Assembly: GCA_013815775.1 (NCBI GenBank)
Contig: JACDFN010000003.1
Span: 14,354-78,353, forward strand
DNA length: 64,000 bases
Reading direction: 5' to 3'
DNA from: Candidatus Saccharimonadota bacterium
GTDB lineage: Bacteria; Patescibacteriota; Saccharimonadia; Saccharimonadales; UBA10212
Below, piece by piece: positions 26,794 through 35,624 of the stretch. Both the position numbers and the translations under genes were made by a program. The first letter of the stretch is position 1. Each line of letters begins with the position of its first letter. The notes below the pieces were generated by a model. That model was not told the origin of the DNA and ran no database searches. It saw only the letters and a program-made list of their open reading frames with translations.

Positions 26794-28482
26794 ATGCGCT
26801 CGATAGAAATTCCGCAACCTTCAGATAGAGACTGGCGATACAGAGCTTTCGAGGTATTACCTGGCGCCTTAACTTGGCTAATACTGACCTTACCGGCAAT
26901 TCTTGGCTATCTAAGCCCTAGGGTTGCTGCTTTCTTTATTATCGCCTATCTACTCCTCTGGTTTACCAGAGCCATCGCCTTAAATATACGATCTTTGCAG
27001 GGCTGGCGAGTCATGCGACAGCACAAGAATACAGAGTGGGGAAAACTGAACAAAGATTTGGAGATTCTGTGGCCTAAGACACCAGACGCTCCCAAATGGC
27101 ATGCCATCAACTTGGAAAGAGTTAAACGTAACATGCTCCATAGCCGGATAAAGCCCAGTGAAGTGATCCATGTGGTGATAGTAGCCGCTTATAACGAGTC
27201 ACGAGATGTCATTGAGCCTACCCTAAAGGCTATAGGGGCTAGCAATTACGACTTTAAAAAACTCATACTACTTCTGGCTTACGAGCAGCGGGGTGGCCCG
27301 GAAGTAGAGCAAACCGCCCAGGCCCTAGTAGCCCAGTACGGACCAAAGTTTTTTTACGCTGAAGCAGTTATGCACCCAGACAACCTGCCCGGAGAAGTAA
27401 GAGGTAAGGGGGGTAATATCACCTACGCAGCCCGAGGTGCCCAAAAATTCTTGGAAGACAAGGCAATAGATCCGTTAAAGGTGTTGGTAACAACCTTAGA
27501 TGCGGATAACCGTCCCGATAAGCAATATTTCGCAGCTTTGACCTACACTTACTGTTCTACGGAAGAGCCTAGGTATGCTTCATACCAACCGATACCGATG
27601 TTTTTAAACAATATTTGGGATGCTCCGGCACCAATGCGAGTTATAGCGACAGGTAACTCCTTCTGGATGCTGGTTCAAAGCATGCGGCCACATAGCCTCC
27701 GAAATTTTTCAGCCCACGCCCAACCAATGGCCGCCCTTATAGATACTGATTTCTGGAGCGTCAGAACAATAGTGGAAGACGGTCACCAATACTGGCGGAC
27801 GTACTTTCGATACGATGGTCGCCATGAGGTATACCCAATTTTTGTACCTGTCTATCAAGACGCGGTATTGGCCAGTAGTTATCGCAAAACTCTAAAGGCT
27901 CAATTTATCCAATTACGTCGTTGGGCTTGGGGGGCATCTGATATTTCATATGTAGCCTATATGGGATTTATGAGAAAGAATAATATACCCAGACATAAGT
28001 TAATGGCCAAATTTTTAAGGTTGCTAGAAGGACATGTCAGCTGGTCTACAGCTCCGCTTATATTGGCTCTAGCGGCTTTAGTACCTTTTTTTCTAAACCC
28101 AGAGAGTTATCTGGCTAACCAACTACCGCAGGTAGCTAGCCGTTTACAGACGGTGGCTATGGCTGGAATCTTGGTGACTTTATACCTGAGCATGCGCAAT
28201 CTACCACCTAAACCGGAGCGGTACAGAAAACATCGAACGGTTTGGATGATGCTGCAGTGGATTTATTTACCAGTTACTTCAATTGTATTTAGCGCTTCGG
28301 CGGCAATATATTCTCAAACAAGATTAATGCTGGGCCTTTACCTCGGTACTTTTGATGTAACGGAGAAGGCTGTTAAGAAAGATAAAGTGATTCTTAGAGA
28401 TGCAGTGAAGGGTGCTCCGCCACATAGCGTAACCAGGCTCGCTGGTCTAGCCGCTTTAGTACGCCGCCGGCGACGAAACTGA
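26794..28482 (+). CDS. Processive family-2 glycosyltransferase (cellulose/chitin-synthase-like membrane GT2)
   Basis: VVIVAAYNES, TLDADN and the QLRRWAWG (QxxRW) motif, with N- and C-terminal TM bundles. Confidence 0.75.
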   Translation: MRSIEIPQPSDRDWRYRAFEVLPGALTWLILTLPAILGYLSPRVAAFFIIAYLLLWFTRAIALNIRSLQGWRVMRQHKNTEWGKLNKDLEILWPKTPDAPKWHAINLERVKRNMLHSRIKPSEVIHVVIVAAYNESRDVIEPTLKAIGASNYDFKKLILLLAYEQRGGPEVEQTAQALVAQYGPKFFYAEAVMHPDNLPGEVRGKGGNITYAARGAQKFLEDKAIDPLKVLVTTLDADNRPDKQYFAALTYTYCSTEEPRYASYQPIPMFLNNIWDAPAPMRVIATGNSFWMLVQSMRPHSLRNFSAHAQPMAALIDTDFWSVRTIVEDGHQYWRTYFRYDGRHEVYPIFVPVYQDAVLASSYRKTLKAQFIQLRRWAWGASDISYVAYMGFMRKNNIPRHKLMAKFLRLLEGHVSWSTAPLILALAALVPFFLNPESYLANQLPQVASRLQTVAMAGILVTLYLSMRNLPPKPERYRKHRTVWMMLQWIYLPVTSIVFSASAAIYSQTRLMLGLYLGTFDVTEKAVKKDKVILRDAVKGAPPHSVTRLAGLAALVRRRRRN

Positions 28483-28804
28483 CTTTGCTGGGTGTAAAGA
28501 CAGGACTTTCCGGTAATTTTAAAAGCTGTTTAACAATGGTAGCTGTGAGCTCTCTTGCGGCGCTGTAACTGTCTTTACGGTCTGCAAGGGCAAGTAGGAG
28601 CTCGGTAAACAATATATCTTCTGAAAAGGGCTCAGAAGAGCTTGCTCTTGATATTACTAATAATCCGCTCAAATCTGCAATCTCATGGGTAGTGAATACA
28701 GAATTGCATTTTGTGCACATTCTGCGGCGCCACACATGGTTATTACGCTTTTGAAGTCGGCTATTAACTACTTGGGTATCTGACTTACAATATACACAAA
28801 CCAT
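28394..28804 (-). CDS. nrdR: Transcriptional repressor NrdR (zinc ribbon + ATP-cone)
   Basis: MVCVYCKSDTQVVNSR...CTKCNSVFTTHE zinc ribbon. The ATP-cone ends in AWLRYVAEH. Confidence 0.85.
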   Translation of the reverse strand: MVCVYCKSDTQVVNSRLQKRNNHVWRRRMCTKCNSVFTTHEIADLSGLLVISRASSSEPFSEDILFTELLLALADRKDSYSAARELTATIVKQLLKLPESPVFTPSKVSFVAGGVLKRLDQRAWLRYVAEHPSLHL

Positions 28805-29114
28805 GTCAATATATTGACATTACCCTAATGAAAAGTCCAGTGGAAAAGCCCGTAATAATGGTGGATAGATAGTTAAAAGGCATACAAAAACCGGCTACTT
28901 TTCGCAGCCGGTTAAGATTAAGTCTTGGGTATTTGCCCCTTATCGTCCTCTTCGTAGCCTTACTACAGGTCTCATGTTGGCTATTTCTTCGTAAAAAAGC
29001 CTGAAATTATCAAGCGGTTTTTCGCTGTTTTTGGTACTCACATACACCTCAAAATTAACTTGCTTACGGTATCACGAGACCTTGATTGTGTCAATAACTG
29101 CTACAATAGCCAAG

Positions 29115-30197
29115 ATGCTAGAAAAGCACTACCAACAGGTTAGACACATTAACAAATTTGCACGCAGTGGTTTTCTCAACACCCGCCGCGGCGCGGTAAA
29201 AACCCCATTCTTTATGCCGGTGGCTACTAGAGGCGCCGTTAAAGGAGTTACACCAACCGAAGTTTTGGCTACCGGTGCTCAAGTACTTCTCTCTAACACC
29301 TATCATCTGCATATACAACCGGGTGAAGAAATAGTCAAAAAACTAGGTGGTTTGCATGAATTTAACAGGTGGGAGGGTCCTATTCTGACCGATTCGGGCG
29401 GGTTCCAAGTCTATTCGTTGGCTAACGTACGTAAAATTACAGAGGGTGGGGTTGAATTTATAGATCCAAATTCTGGTAAGAAAGTACTAATTTCTCCTGA
29501 AAGCTCGATGAAAATCCAGATAGAGTTAGGGTCAGACATAATCATGGCCTTTGACGATGTACCGGGGTTATCCCGTAATGATAAAAAACGAACAAGTGAG
29601 GCGGTTGAAAGAACCCATAGGTGGCTAGAGCGCTGCGTTATTGAATTTAAAAAATTAACTAAAAATCTTAAAGAGGATGAACGACCCCTGTTGTTCGGTA
29701 TTGTCCAGGGGGGGCTTGATGAGAAACTTCGTAAAAAAAGTCTTGAATTTGTACAATCTCAATCCATAGACGGGGTAGCCATAGGCGGCTTGTCGGTGGG
29801 GGAATCACGAGAGAAAATGTATTTAATGCTCAATTTTCTCTCAACATTGTACGACCCAACTAAAGTTCACTACTTAATGGGCGTAGGAGAACCAAAAGAC
29901 ATAAGATATGCGATTGAAAAAGGCATAGATATGTTCGACTGCGTTCTTCCTACTCGAAATGGTAGGCACGGCTCAGTTTGGATAGATAAAGATCAGCGTC
30001 TCAATCTGAAAAACTCAAGATTTAAGGGGGATAAAGGTGTAATAGACGGTGGTTGTGATTGTTATAGCTGTCAGTCGAATTTTAGCCGAGCATTTTTAAA
30101 TCACTTATTTAAGGCAAAAGACCCCTTAGCTGGAAGATTGACCTCCATTCATAACCTACGGTATTTACAAAAAATCTGCGAAGAGTATAGAGAATAA
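29115..30197 (+). CDS. tgt: Queuine tRNA-ribosyltransferase (tRNA-guanine transglycosylase)
   Basis: ARSGFLNTRRGAVKTPFFMPVAT, LTDSGGFQV, AFDD, GIVQGG, GLSVGE, and the zinc site CDCYSC...H. The track ORF begins at 29031 (TTG); the ATG at 29115 fits the family N-terminus. Confidence 0.9.
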   Translation: MLEKHYQQVRHINKFARSGFLNTRRGAVKTPFFMPVATRGAVKGVTPTEVLATGAQVLLSNTYHLHIQPGEEIVKKLGGLHEFNRWEGPILTDSGGFQVYSLANVRKITEGGVEFIDPNSGKKVLISPESSMKIQIELGSDIIMAFDDVPGLSRNDKKRTSEAVERTHRWLERCVIEFKKLTKNLKEDERPLLFGIVQGGLDEKLRKKSLEFVQSQSIDGVAIGGLSVGESREKMYLMLNFLSTLYDPTKVHYLMGVGEPKDIRYAIEKGIDMFDCVLPTRNGRHGSVWIDKDQRLNLKNSRFKGDKGVIDGGCDCYSCQSNFSRAFLNHLFKAKDPLAGRLTSIHNLRYLQKICEEYRE

Positions 30198-30214
30198 AAT
30201 AATCACCGCTAATC

Positions 30215-30291
30215 TGGTGGGCACGGAGGGATTCGAACCCCCGACTTCCACAACGTCAATGTGGCGCTCTAGCCAACTGAGCTACGTGCCC
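30215..30291 (-). tRNA. tRNA-Val (anticodon GAC)
   Basis: Reverse complement GGGCACGTAGCTCAGTTGGCTAGAGCGCCACATTGACGTTGTGGAAGTCGGGGGTTCGAATCCCTCCGTGCCCACCA. Confidence 0.9.
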
Positions 30292-30568
30292 AATAACATG
30301 CTCATACTAACTCATATAAAGTAAAATATAAATAACCATATATGGTATAAAAATCTGTGAATAAGCTTTGTTAAAAAAACAATAAAAAAGTACTAGCATT
30401 TTAAGGCTAGCTTATATATACTCGTATGTAGGTTGAGTTTTGCGATGTGTTAAGCACACGTTTCACAGTCTTCAGAGCAATTGCGAGAGCCCTGAAGGCT
30501 GTTTTTCATTTTGCGACCCCCTTTAACCTAAAAAGGGTCAATAAAACGATCTTTGTGCAATGATTTCG

Positions 30569-30608
30569 CGGTACTAGAGGCGAAAACCTAGGTTTTGTTC
30601 TGGTACCG
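30569..30608 (+). promoter_or_regulatory. Long hairpin in the thrS leader, 22 nt before the start codon
   Basis: CGGTACTAG...CTGGTACCG forms a 9-bp outer stem with one G.U pair. It encloses the palindrome AAAACCTAGGTTTT. Confidence 0.4.
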
Positions 30609-30629
30609 ATGTTATGATGTAAAGCAACG

Positions 30630-31874
30630 ATGGATGCTGAGAATGGTTCAGAACTAAAGAATAAACCCGACCACCGTAGGTTAGGCCAGGAACTTGATTT
30701 ATTTGTCTTTTCAGACCTTGTTGGTTCCGGTTTGCCGCTTTTTACCCCTAGGGGAACGGTTTTACGAGATCAACTTCTGGGCTTCTCGGAGGAGTTACAG
30801 AAAAAAAACGGCTACCAGAAAGTTTTTATTCCCCACATAACTAAAGAAGATTTGTATAAAACATCGGGACACTGGGATAAATTTGGCGAAGAGCTCTTTT
30901 TAGTAAAAAGCCAAGAAACTAAGGACCAGATGGTCTTAAAACCGATGAATTGCCCTCATCATATTCAGATTTATGCTTCGCGCCCCAGGAGTTATAGAGA
31001 ACTCCCTATCCGTTATATGGAGTCCACCGTACAATACAGAGACGAAAAAAAGGGCGAGCTGAACGGGCTTTCGAGGGTGAGAGCTATTTCTATTGATGAT
31101 GCCCACGTTTTTTGCACTTTGGACCAGATAGAAGAGGAATTTACTAAAATCATGAGGATGATCGAGGAAATGTACTCGGTGTTCGATATGAAGTTCAAAG
31201 CCCGCCTGTCTTTCCGGGATGACTCCGAGGGTTATCTGGGAGATCAAAAAAATTGGGATCTTGCTCAGAGGACAATTGAGGATGTAGCTAAGAAGTTGGG
31301 GCTAGAATACGAGATCGCCAAGGGTGACGCCGCCTTTTATGGCCCTAAAATAGACATTCTGTTAAAAGATTCGATGGGCAGGGAGCACCAGTGTGCTACC
31401 GAGCAGCTAGATTTTGTGATGCCCGAACGTTTTGGCTTAACTTATATTGATAAAGACAATACCCAAAAGCCAGTGGTAATGATTCACAAGGCTTTACTGG
31501 GGTCATTTGAACGGTTCATATCTGTCTATCTAGAGCACACCAACGGTCATTTTCCATTATGGCTGGCACCAGAACAGTTACGAATAGCAACCCTAAATGA
31601 CGATGAACCAATAGTTGAATTGGCCAAGGAGATTGTATCCAAAGCCGCCGAGCAGGGACTGCGTGCAAGCTATGATGATTCTAACGAATCTGTCGGCAAA
31701 AAAATTCGCGACTCCGAGGTTATGAAGGTGCCCTATACTTTAGTAGTCGGTGGAAAAGAAGTCGAATCCGGCCGAATGAGTCCACGTAGCCGTAAAGACT
31801 TGCCGGAACTGCCCGAATCGTCTCTAGACGAGCTGCTTGCAAAGCTTGCCCAAGATACCAAAACCCGTAAATAG
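30630..31874 (+). CDS. thrS: Threonyl-tRNA synthetase, short form (catalytic + anticodon-binding domains only)
   Basis: Starts at the ...DHRRLGQELDLF motif, which lies about 240 aa into E. coli ThrS. Class II motifs and a C-terminal anticodon-binding domain are present. Length 414 aa. Confidence 0.85.
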   Translation: MDAENGSELKNKPDHRRLGQELDLFVFSDLVGSGLPLFTPRGTVLRDQLLGFSEELQKKNGYQKVFIPHITKEDLYKTSGHWDKFGEELFLVKSQETKDQMVLKPMNCPHHIQIYASRPRSYRELPIRYMESTVQYRDEKKGELNGLSRVRAISIDDAHVFCTLDQIEEEFTKIMRMIEEMYSVFDMKFKARLSFRDDSEGYLGDQKNWDLAQRTIEDVAKKLGLEYEIAKGDAAFYGPKIDILLKDSMGREHQCATEQLDFVMPERFGLTYIDKDNTQKPVVMIHKALLGSFERFISVYLEHTNGHFPLWLAPEQLRIATLNDDEPIVELAKEIVSKAAEQGLRASYDDSNESVGKKIRDSEVMKVPYTLVVGGKEVESGRMSPRSRKDLPELPESSLDELLAKLAQDTKTRK

Positions 31875-31878
31875 TTAG

Positions 31879-32220
31879 ATGAGCAGGGTAGATAGCGAAT
31901 TCAAAAACCGGGTTTATGACTATGTGGCTCAGATTCCACAGGGGAGAGTGATGACCTACGGGCAGTTAGCGGCATTATCTGGGGCGGCATGGGCTGCGTG
32001 GGAGGTGGGCCAGATTGCTCACACTGGACCGGCCGACCTACCTTGGCAGAGAGTGGTCAATAAGTCCGGAGGCCTTGCCAGAGGATATCCTGGTGGGTTT
32101 GAGGGCCACAAGAAGGCTCTACTAGTCGAAGGAGTGGAAGTGGACACAGAATATAAAGTACAAGTAGGTGATCTTCTATGGTGGCCGATAGACAAAGACC
32201 AGAACTCCTTGCCATTGTAG
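31879..32220 (+). CDS. Alkyltransferase-like (ATL) protein / MGMT-family DNA-binding domain lacking the Cys acceptor
   Basis: RVMTYGQLAALSG...LPWQRVVNKSG. The canonical PCHRV motif is replaced by PWQRV. Confidence 0.65.
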   Translation: MSRVDSEFKNRVYDYVAQIPQGRVMTYGQLAALSGAAWAAWEVGQIAHTGPADLPWQRVVNKSGGLARGYPGGFEGHKKALLVEGVEVDTEYKVQVGDLLWWPIDKDQNSLPL

Positions 32221-33059
32221 GCCCTACAGCCAGCGGTAAGTCAGACTTAGCGCTTAAGCTTGCCAAAGAGTTTACCGGAGAGGTTATTACGGCGGATTCT
32301 AGGACTATCTATAAAGGTATGAACATAGGGACGGCCAAGCCCTCCGCCAGTGACCAAGGCGCAATAAAGCATTGGGGGTTGGATTTGGTTGAGCCCGGAG
32401 AGAGGTTCAGTGCCTACCAGTTTCAAAAATATGCTCGGGAAGCCATTGCTGACATCCAAAAACGAGGTAAGTTGCCCATCTTAGTCGGTGGTACAGGGCT
32501 ATATGTAGACTCTACTCTTTATAGATATAAATTCGGACCTGACGTTGACTCCGAAGAGCGCAAAAAACTGGAAAACCTAGAAGTACACGAGCTACAAGAC
32601 ATTATTAGTGAATATGGCTATAAAATGCCCACTAACCTCAGGAACCGCCGGCATCTTATAAGAACAATTGAAACTAGGGGGCACAACGAAAATACGAAAA
32701 AAATAAAACACCTTGCCAACACTCTAATAGTGGGTTTGCTTCCTCCTGACGAGGTGATGATAAAGAATATTAGCGGTCGAGTTGAGAAAATGTTTCAAGA
32801 TGGGTTGGTTGAGGAAACCAAGCAGTTAATTATAAAGTACGGACAGCACATCCTTCCTTCAGCAGGGATAGGGTATGTTGCAGTTAGCGATTACATAAAC
32901 GGTCTAGCCCCTCTAGAAATAACAAAAAATAATCTAATACATGACAACTGGCAATATGCAAGGCGCCAGAGGACTTGGTTTCGACGTAATAAATTTATTC
33001 AATGGTTTCCAGATGGTAAGCAAGCGTATGAATACATTAAAACTATTTTGAACAAATGA
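32178..33059 (+). CDS. miaA: tRNA dimethylallyltransferase
   Basis: P-loop IVGPTASGKSDLALKLA, then ITADSRTIYKGMNIGTAKP. It overlaps the previous gene by 43 nt. Confidence 0.85.
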   Translation: MVADRQRPELLAIVGPTASGKSDLALKLAKEFTGEVITADSRTIYKGMNIGTAKPSASDQGAIKHWGLDLVEPGERFSAYQFQKYAREAIADIQKRGKLPILVGGTGLYVDSTLYRYKFGPDVDSEERKKLENLEVHELQDIISEYGYKMPTNLRNRRHLIRTIETRGHNENTKKIKHLANTLIVGLLPPDEVMIKNISGRVEKMFQDGLVEETKQLIIKYGQHILPSAGIGYVAVSDYINGLAPLEITKNNLIHDNWQYARRQRTWFRRNKFIQWFPDGKQAYEYIKTILNK

Positions 33060-33109
33060 ATTGCGTCTTCTAGCTTAGGGTTTGGTACAATACCAGCAGA
33101 GGAGAGGCA

Positions 33110-33736
33110 ATGATCGAGCAACTTTTTGGGTCTAAAACTCGGGTTAAGCTACTACAGCTTTTTTATAGCAACCCGAACCGTTCATTTTATGTACGCGAAA
33201 TTACTCGCAAAATAGATGAACAGATAAATTCCGTCCGCCGGGAACTGGCAAACCTTTTAAGCATAGGAATCATTACTTCTGACGCCAACAATAATCGCCT
33301 CTATTACGAGATAAATCAGACTTATGAGCACTATCCAGCACTTTCGCAGATATTTGGCAGCGTAGCCTCGTCCGAACCGTCTAAGAAGGCAACTAAAAGT
33401 ACTGGAAAGAGCCCTAAGGTAGACGTAGAGAGAGAACATCCCCTCGCCAAGGCCGTAAGAGCCACAGGAAGGGTAGACCTAGCTATTTTAACCGGCCAAT
33501 TCACAAGAGATGAACAGAGCGGTGTAGACGTATTGATAGTTGGCGATATAAATCAAACAAAGCTAGGTCGTTTTATAGCTGAACTTGAGAAGTCAGAGAA
33601 TAAGGAAGTCAGATATACCTCCATGCCACTATCTACTTACCAGTATCGAATACAGATTAACGACCGCTTTATCAATAATGTTATAAGCGCCAAGAAACAG
33701 GTTATAATTAGTAATCAAGAAGTGTTATCAGTTTAA
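33110..33736 (+). CDS. Winged-helix (ArsR-like) transcriptional regulator-like protein
   Basis: N-terminal LFGSKTRVKLLQLFYSNPNRSFYVREITRKIDEQINSVRRELANL. Confidence 0.45.
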   Translation: MIEQLFGSKTRVKLLQLFYSNPNRSFYVREITRKIDEQINSVRRELANLLSIGIITSDANNNRLYYEINQTYEHYPALSQIFGSVASSEPSKKATKSTGKSPKVDVEREHPLAKAVRATGRVDLAILTGQFTRDEQSGVDVLIVGDINQTKLGRFIAELEKSENKEVRYTSMPLSTYQYRIQINDRFINNVISAKKQVIISNQEVLSV

Positions 33737-33754
33737 GTAAAAGGGAGTGTTAGC

Positions 33755-34378
33755 GTGGAGCTTCAATTTTTTGGTGCTAATTGCATTCGGTTGTCTACTA
33801 AAAAGGCGCGTATTGTTATTGACGATAATCTAGGAGAATTAGGTCTAAAATCAATCACTAAGCCAGATGATATTGTATTAAAAACTAATAAGCGCTTACC
33901 AAGCCATCCATCAAGATTTGATGCTGATATGCCAGGAGAATACGAGATAGCTGGAGCGATAATTAAAGGGGTTGGGGCACGGGCGCATATGGACGGCGAA
34001 AAAGAGACAACGTCAGTCATTTATACGGTTGCTGCCGATGATATTAAAGTTGCTATTGTAGGACATATTTATCCTGAGTTAACGGAGGAACAACTAGAGC
34101 AGATTGGGCTGGTAGACGTAGCTATTGTTCCGGTTGGCGGAAACGGCTACACTTTGGACGCCGTAGGCGCCTTGAAAATTATAAAGCAGATTGAGCCTAA
34201 AATAATAATCCCCACTCACTACGCTGATAAAGAGGTTAATTATCAGGTTCCTCAGCAGGAATTGTCTGAGGCTCTAAAAATTCTTGGGATGGAGCCTGCG
34301 GAAACGGTGGCAAAATACAAGCCAAATCCTGGTGCATTGACAGACGCTACCCATCTAGTTGTTCTAGAACGCCAATAA
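33755..34378 (+). CDS. MBL-fold metallo-hydrolase (UlaG/UPF0173-like)
   Basis: Family-like start ELQFFGANCIRLSTKKARIVIDD, later VPVGGNGYTLD...IIPTHY. GTG start. Confidence 0.5.
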   Translation: MELQFFGANCIRLSTKKARIVIDDNLGELGLKSITKPDDIVLKTNKRLPSHPSRFDADMPGEYEIAGAIIKGVGARAHMDGEKETTSVIYTVAADDIKVAIVGHIYPELTEEQLEQIGLVDVAIVPVGGNGYTLDAVGALKIIKQIEPKIIIPTHYADKEVNYQVPQQELSEALKILGMEPAETVAKYKPNPGALTDATHLVVLERQ

Positions 34379-34456
34379 AACCTTCCATTGCTTTGACGAT
34401 CTAAAGCGGCAACTTGGCAACCGAAGGTTGCAAGATGTCTAAATTCTAGGGAATAA

Positions 34457-34684
34457 CTATTTAGTTTCGGTGGGTTGTTCTAGGTTGAGCAAGCCCTTTT
34501 TTTTGAGAGTTCGGATGGCGGATGTGCTAATTTTCATTTTGACTTTTCTACCATCTACCACAAGTGTTTTGGTCTGCAAATTAGGCTTCCACACCTTTTT
34601 AGTGTGTCGCTGAGAGAAGCTGACGTTGTGTCCGTACTGCTTGCCTTTACCGGTAATCTCACATTTTTGCATATCAAATGGCAA
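34457..34684 (-). CDS. rpmB: Ribosomal protein L28
   Basis: KCEITGKGKQYGHNVSFSQRHTKKVWKPNLQ. The true start is probably the internal Met at 34672. Confidence 0.85.
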   Translation of the reverse strand: MPFDMQKCEITGKGKQYGHNVSFSQRHTKKVWKPNLQTKTLVVDGRKVKMKISTSAIRTLKKKGLLNLEQPTETK

Positions 34685-34736
34685 TTGTAAGGAGTAAAAC
34701 GGATAAAGTCAAGCTATTGAATGGGTTATACTTGTA

Positions 34737-35360
34737 TTGATGGATGTCAACGCTACCACCTTAATTATTGTTATATTAATACTTTTGGTATCCATGGCCG
34801 TTCACGAAGTGATGCATGCCGTAGCCAGTTTGAAACTAGGGGACGATACTGCCCATTCACAAGGCCGAATTTCCTTTAACCCCTTTGTTCATATTGACCC
34901 GGTATTTACTCTAGCTCTACCTGTACTATTATTTATAGCTGGTGCTCCGATATTTGCTGCCGCTAAACCAGTTGAAGTTAATTTTAGCCGGTTAAAATGG
35001 GGAGAATTCGGTGGGGCGATTGTGGGGGCAGTGGGTCCCCTCTCCAATCTCGTACTAGCCCTTCTGGCCGCGGGGCTCTTGCAAGTCCTAGGGCCGGGGG
35101 TATCTGGACTAACAGGGGATATTTTCATACAGTTCATAGCTATTAATATTGGCTTAGCAGTCTTTAACAGTATTCCTTGGCCACCCTTGGATGGCTCTAG
35201 GGTTTTATATGCTTTTGCGCCGCGCCCACTTCAGGAGTTCATGGAATCTATTGAAAGATTTGGCTTGATGGGGTTAGTACTATTCATCTTTCTTTTCTAT
35301 CAGTTTCTTGCACCGTACGTTGGTAACATTATAGTTACACTTACCAACGGGCTACTTTAG
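34737..35360 (+). CDS. Site-2 protease-family (M50) membrane metalloprotease
   Basis: HEVMHAVA zinc motif in the first TM helix, with a later PLDGSRV motif. Confidence 0.75.
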   Translation: MMDVNATTLIIVILILLVSMAVHEVMHAVASLKLGDDTAHSQGRISFNPFVHIDPVFTLALPVLLFIAGAPIFAAAKPVEVNFSRLKWGEFGGAIVGAVGPLSNLVLALLAAGLLQVLGPGVSGLTGDIFIQFIAINIGLAVFNSIPWPPLDGSRVLYAFAPRPLQEFMESIERFGLMGLVLFIFLFYQFLAPYVGNIIVTLTNGLL

Positions 35361-35388
35361 CTAAAATAGGCGGGTGTATAATAATAGG

Positions 35389-35530
35389 TGGTCGGTTCCC
35401 GGCATAAAATTTTCTGAACAATTTCAATTTAGAAGGGAGTCCTATATGCGTCGCTGTCCGTGGATGGCACGTGCGGACACCCACTTTGCAAACGCAGAGT
35501 AAATTGAGTGCCGAACCGACCCCTTTGTTT
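35389..35530 (+). ncRNA. Candidate structured small RNA of unknown class with an embedded 18-codon mini-ORF
   Basis: A perfect TATAAT (35377-35382, preceded by TG) lies 7 nt upstream. A 13-bp closing stem pairs GGTCGGTT(CC)CGGCA with TGCCGAACCGACC and is followed by CCTTTGTTT. Inner helices pair TCAATTTA/TAAATTGA, TGCGT/ACGCA and GTCCG/CGGAC. The mini-ORF is at 35446-35502 with SD AAGGGAG. Confidence 0.35.
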
Positions 35531-35548
35531 GGCTAATAATCTAAAAAA

Positions 35549-35624
35549 TGGTCGGGGTGACAGGACTTGAACCTGCGACCTCACGGCCCCCAGCCGTACG
35601 CGCTACCAGCTGCGCTACACCCCG
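35549..35624 (-). tRNA. tRNA-Pro (anticodon GGG)
   Basis: Reverse complement CGGGGTGTAGCGCAGCTGGTAGCGCGTACGGCTGGGGGCCGTGAGGTCGCAGGTTCAAGTCCTGTCACCCCGACCA. Confidence 0.9.

Noticed and set aside
30583-30596. AAAACCTAGGTTTT palindrome shared by the thrS leader (30583-30596) and the 23S expansion (60063-60078)
   Set aside because: The flanks show no further similarity. Both are A/T-run palindromes around CCTAGG. I treat this as coincidence rather than a dispersed repeat family, but a genome-wide count would settle it.
30421-30629. T-box riboswitch upstream of thrS
   Set aside because: Some words resemble T-box pieces (UUGCGAUG near the 5' end; CUGGUACCG against the UGGUACCGCG T-box core). I could not find a coherent Stem I with specifier loop, the AGAGA/distal loop motifs, or a terminator/antiterminator pair. 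It is left as an unclassified structured leader pending cmscan.
35389-35530. Identifying the candidate sRNA as SRP (4.5S) RNA, tmRNA or 6S RNA
   Set aside because: There is no GGAA-capped helix 8 with AGCA/GGAAG loops, no tRNA-like end with a tag ORF, and at about 140 nt with an asymmetric bulge it is atypical for 6S. The class is left open.
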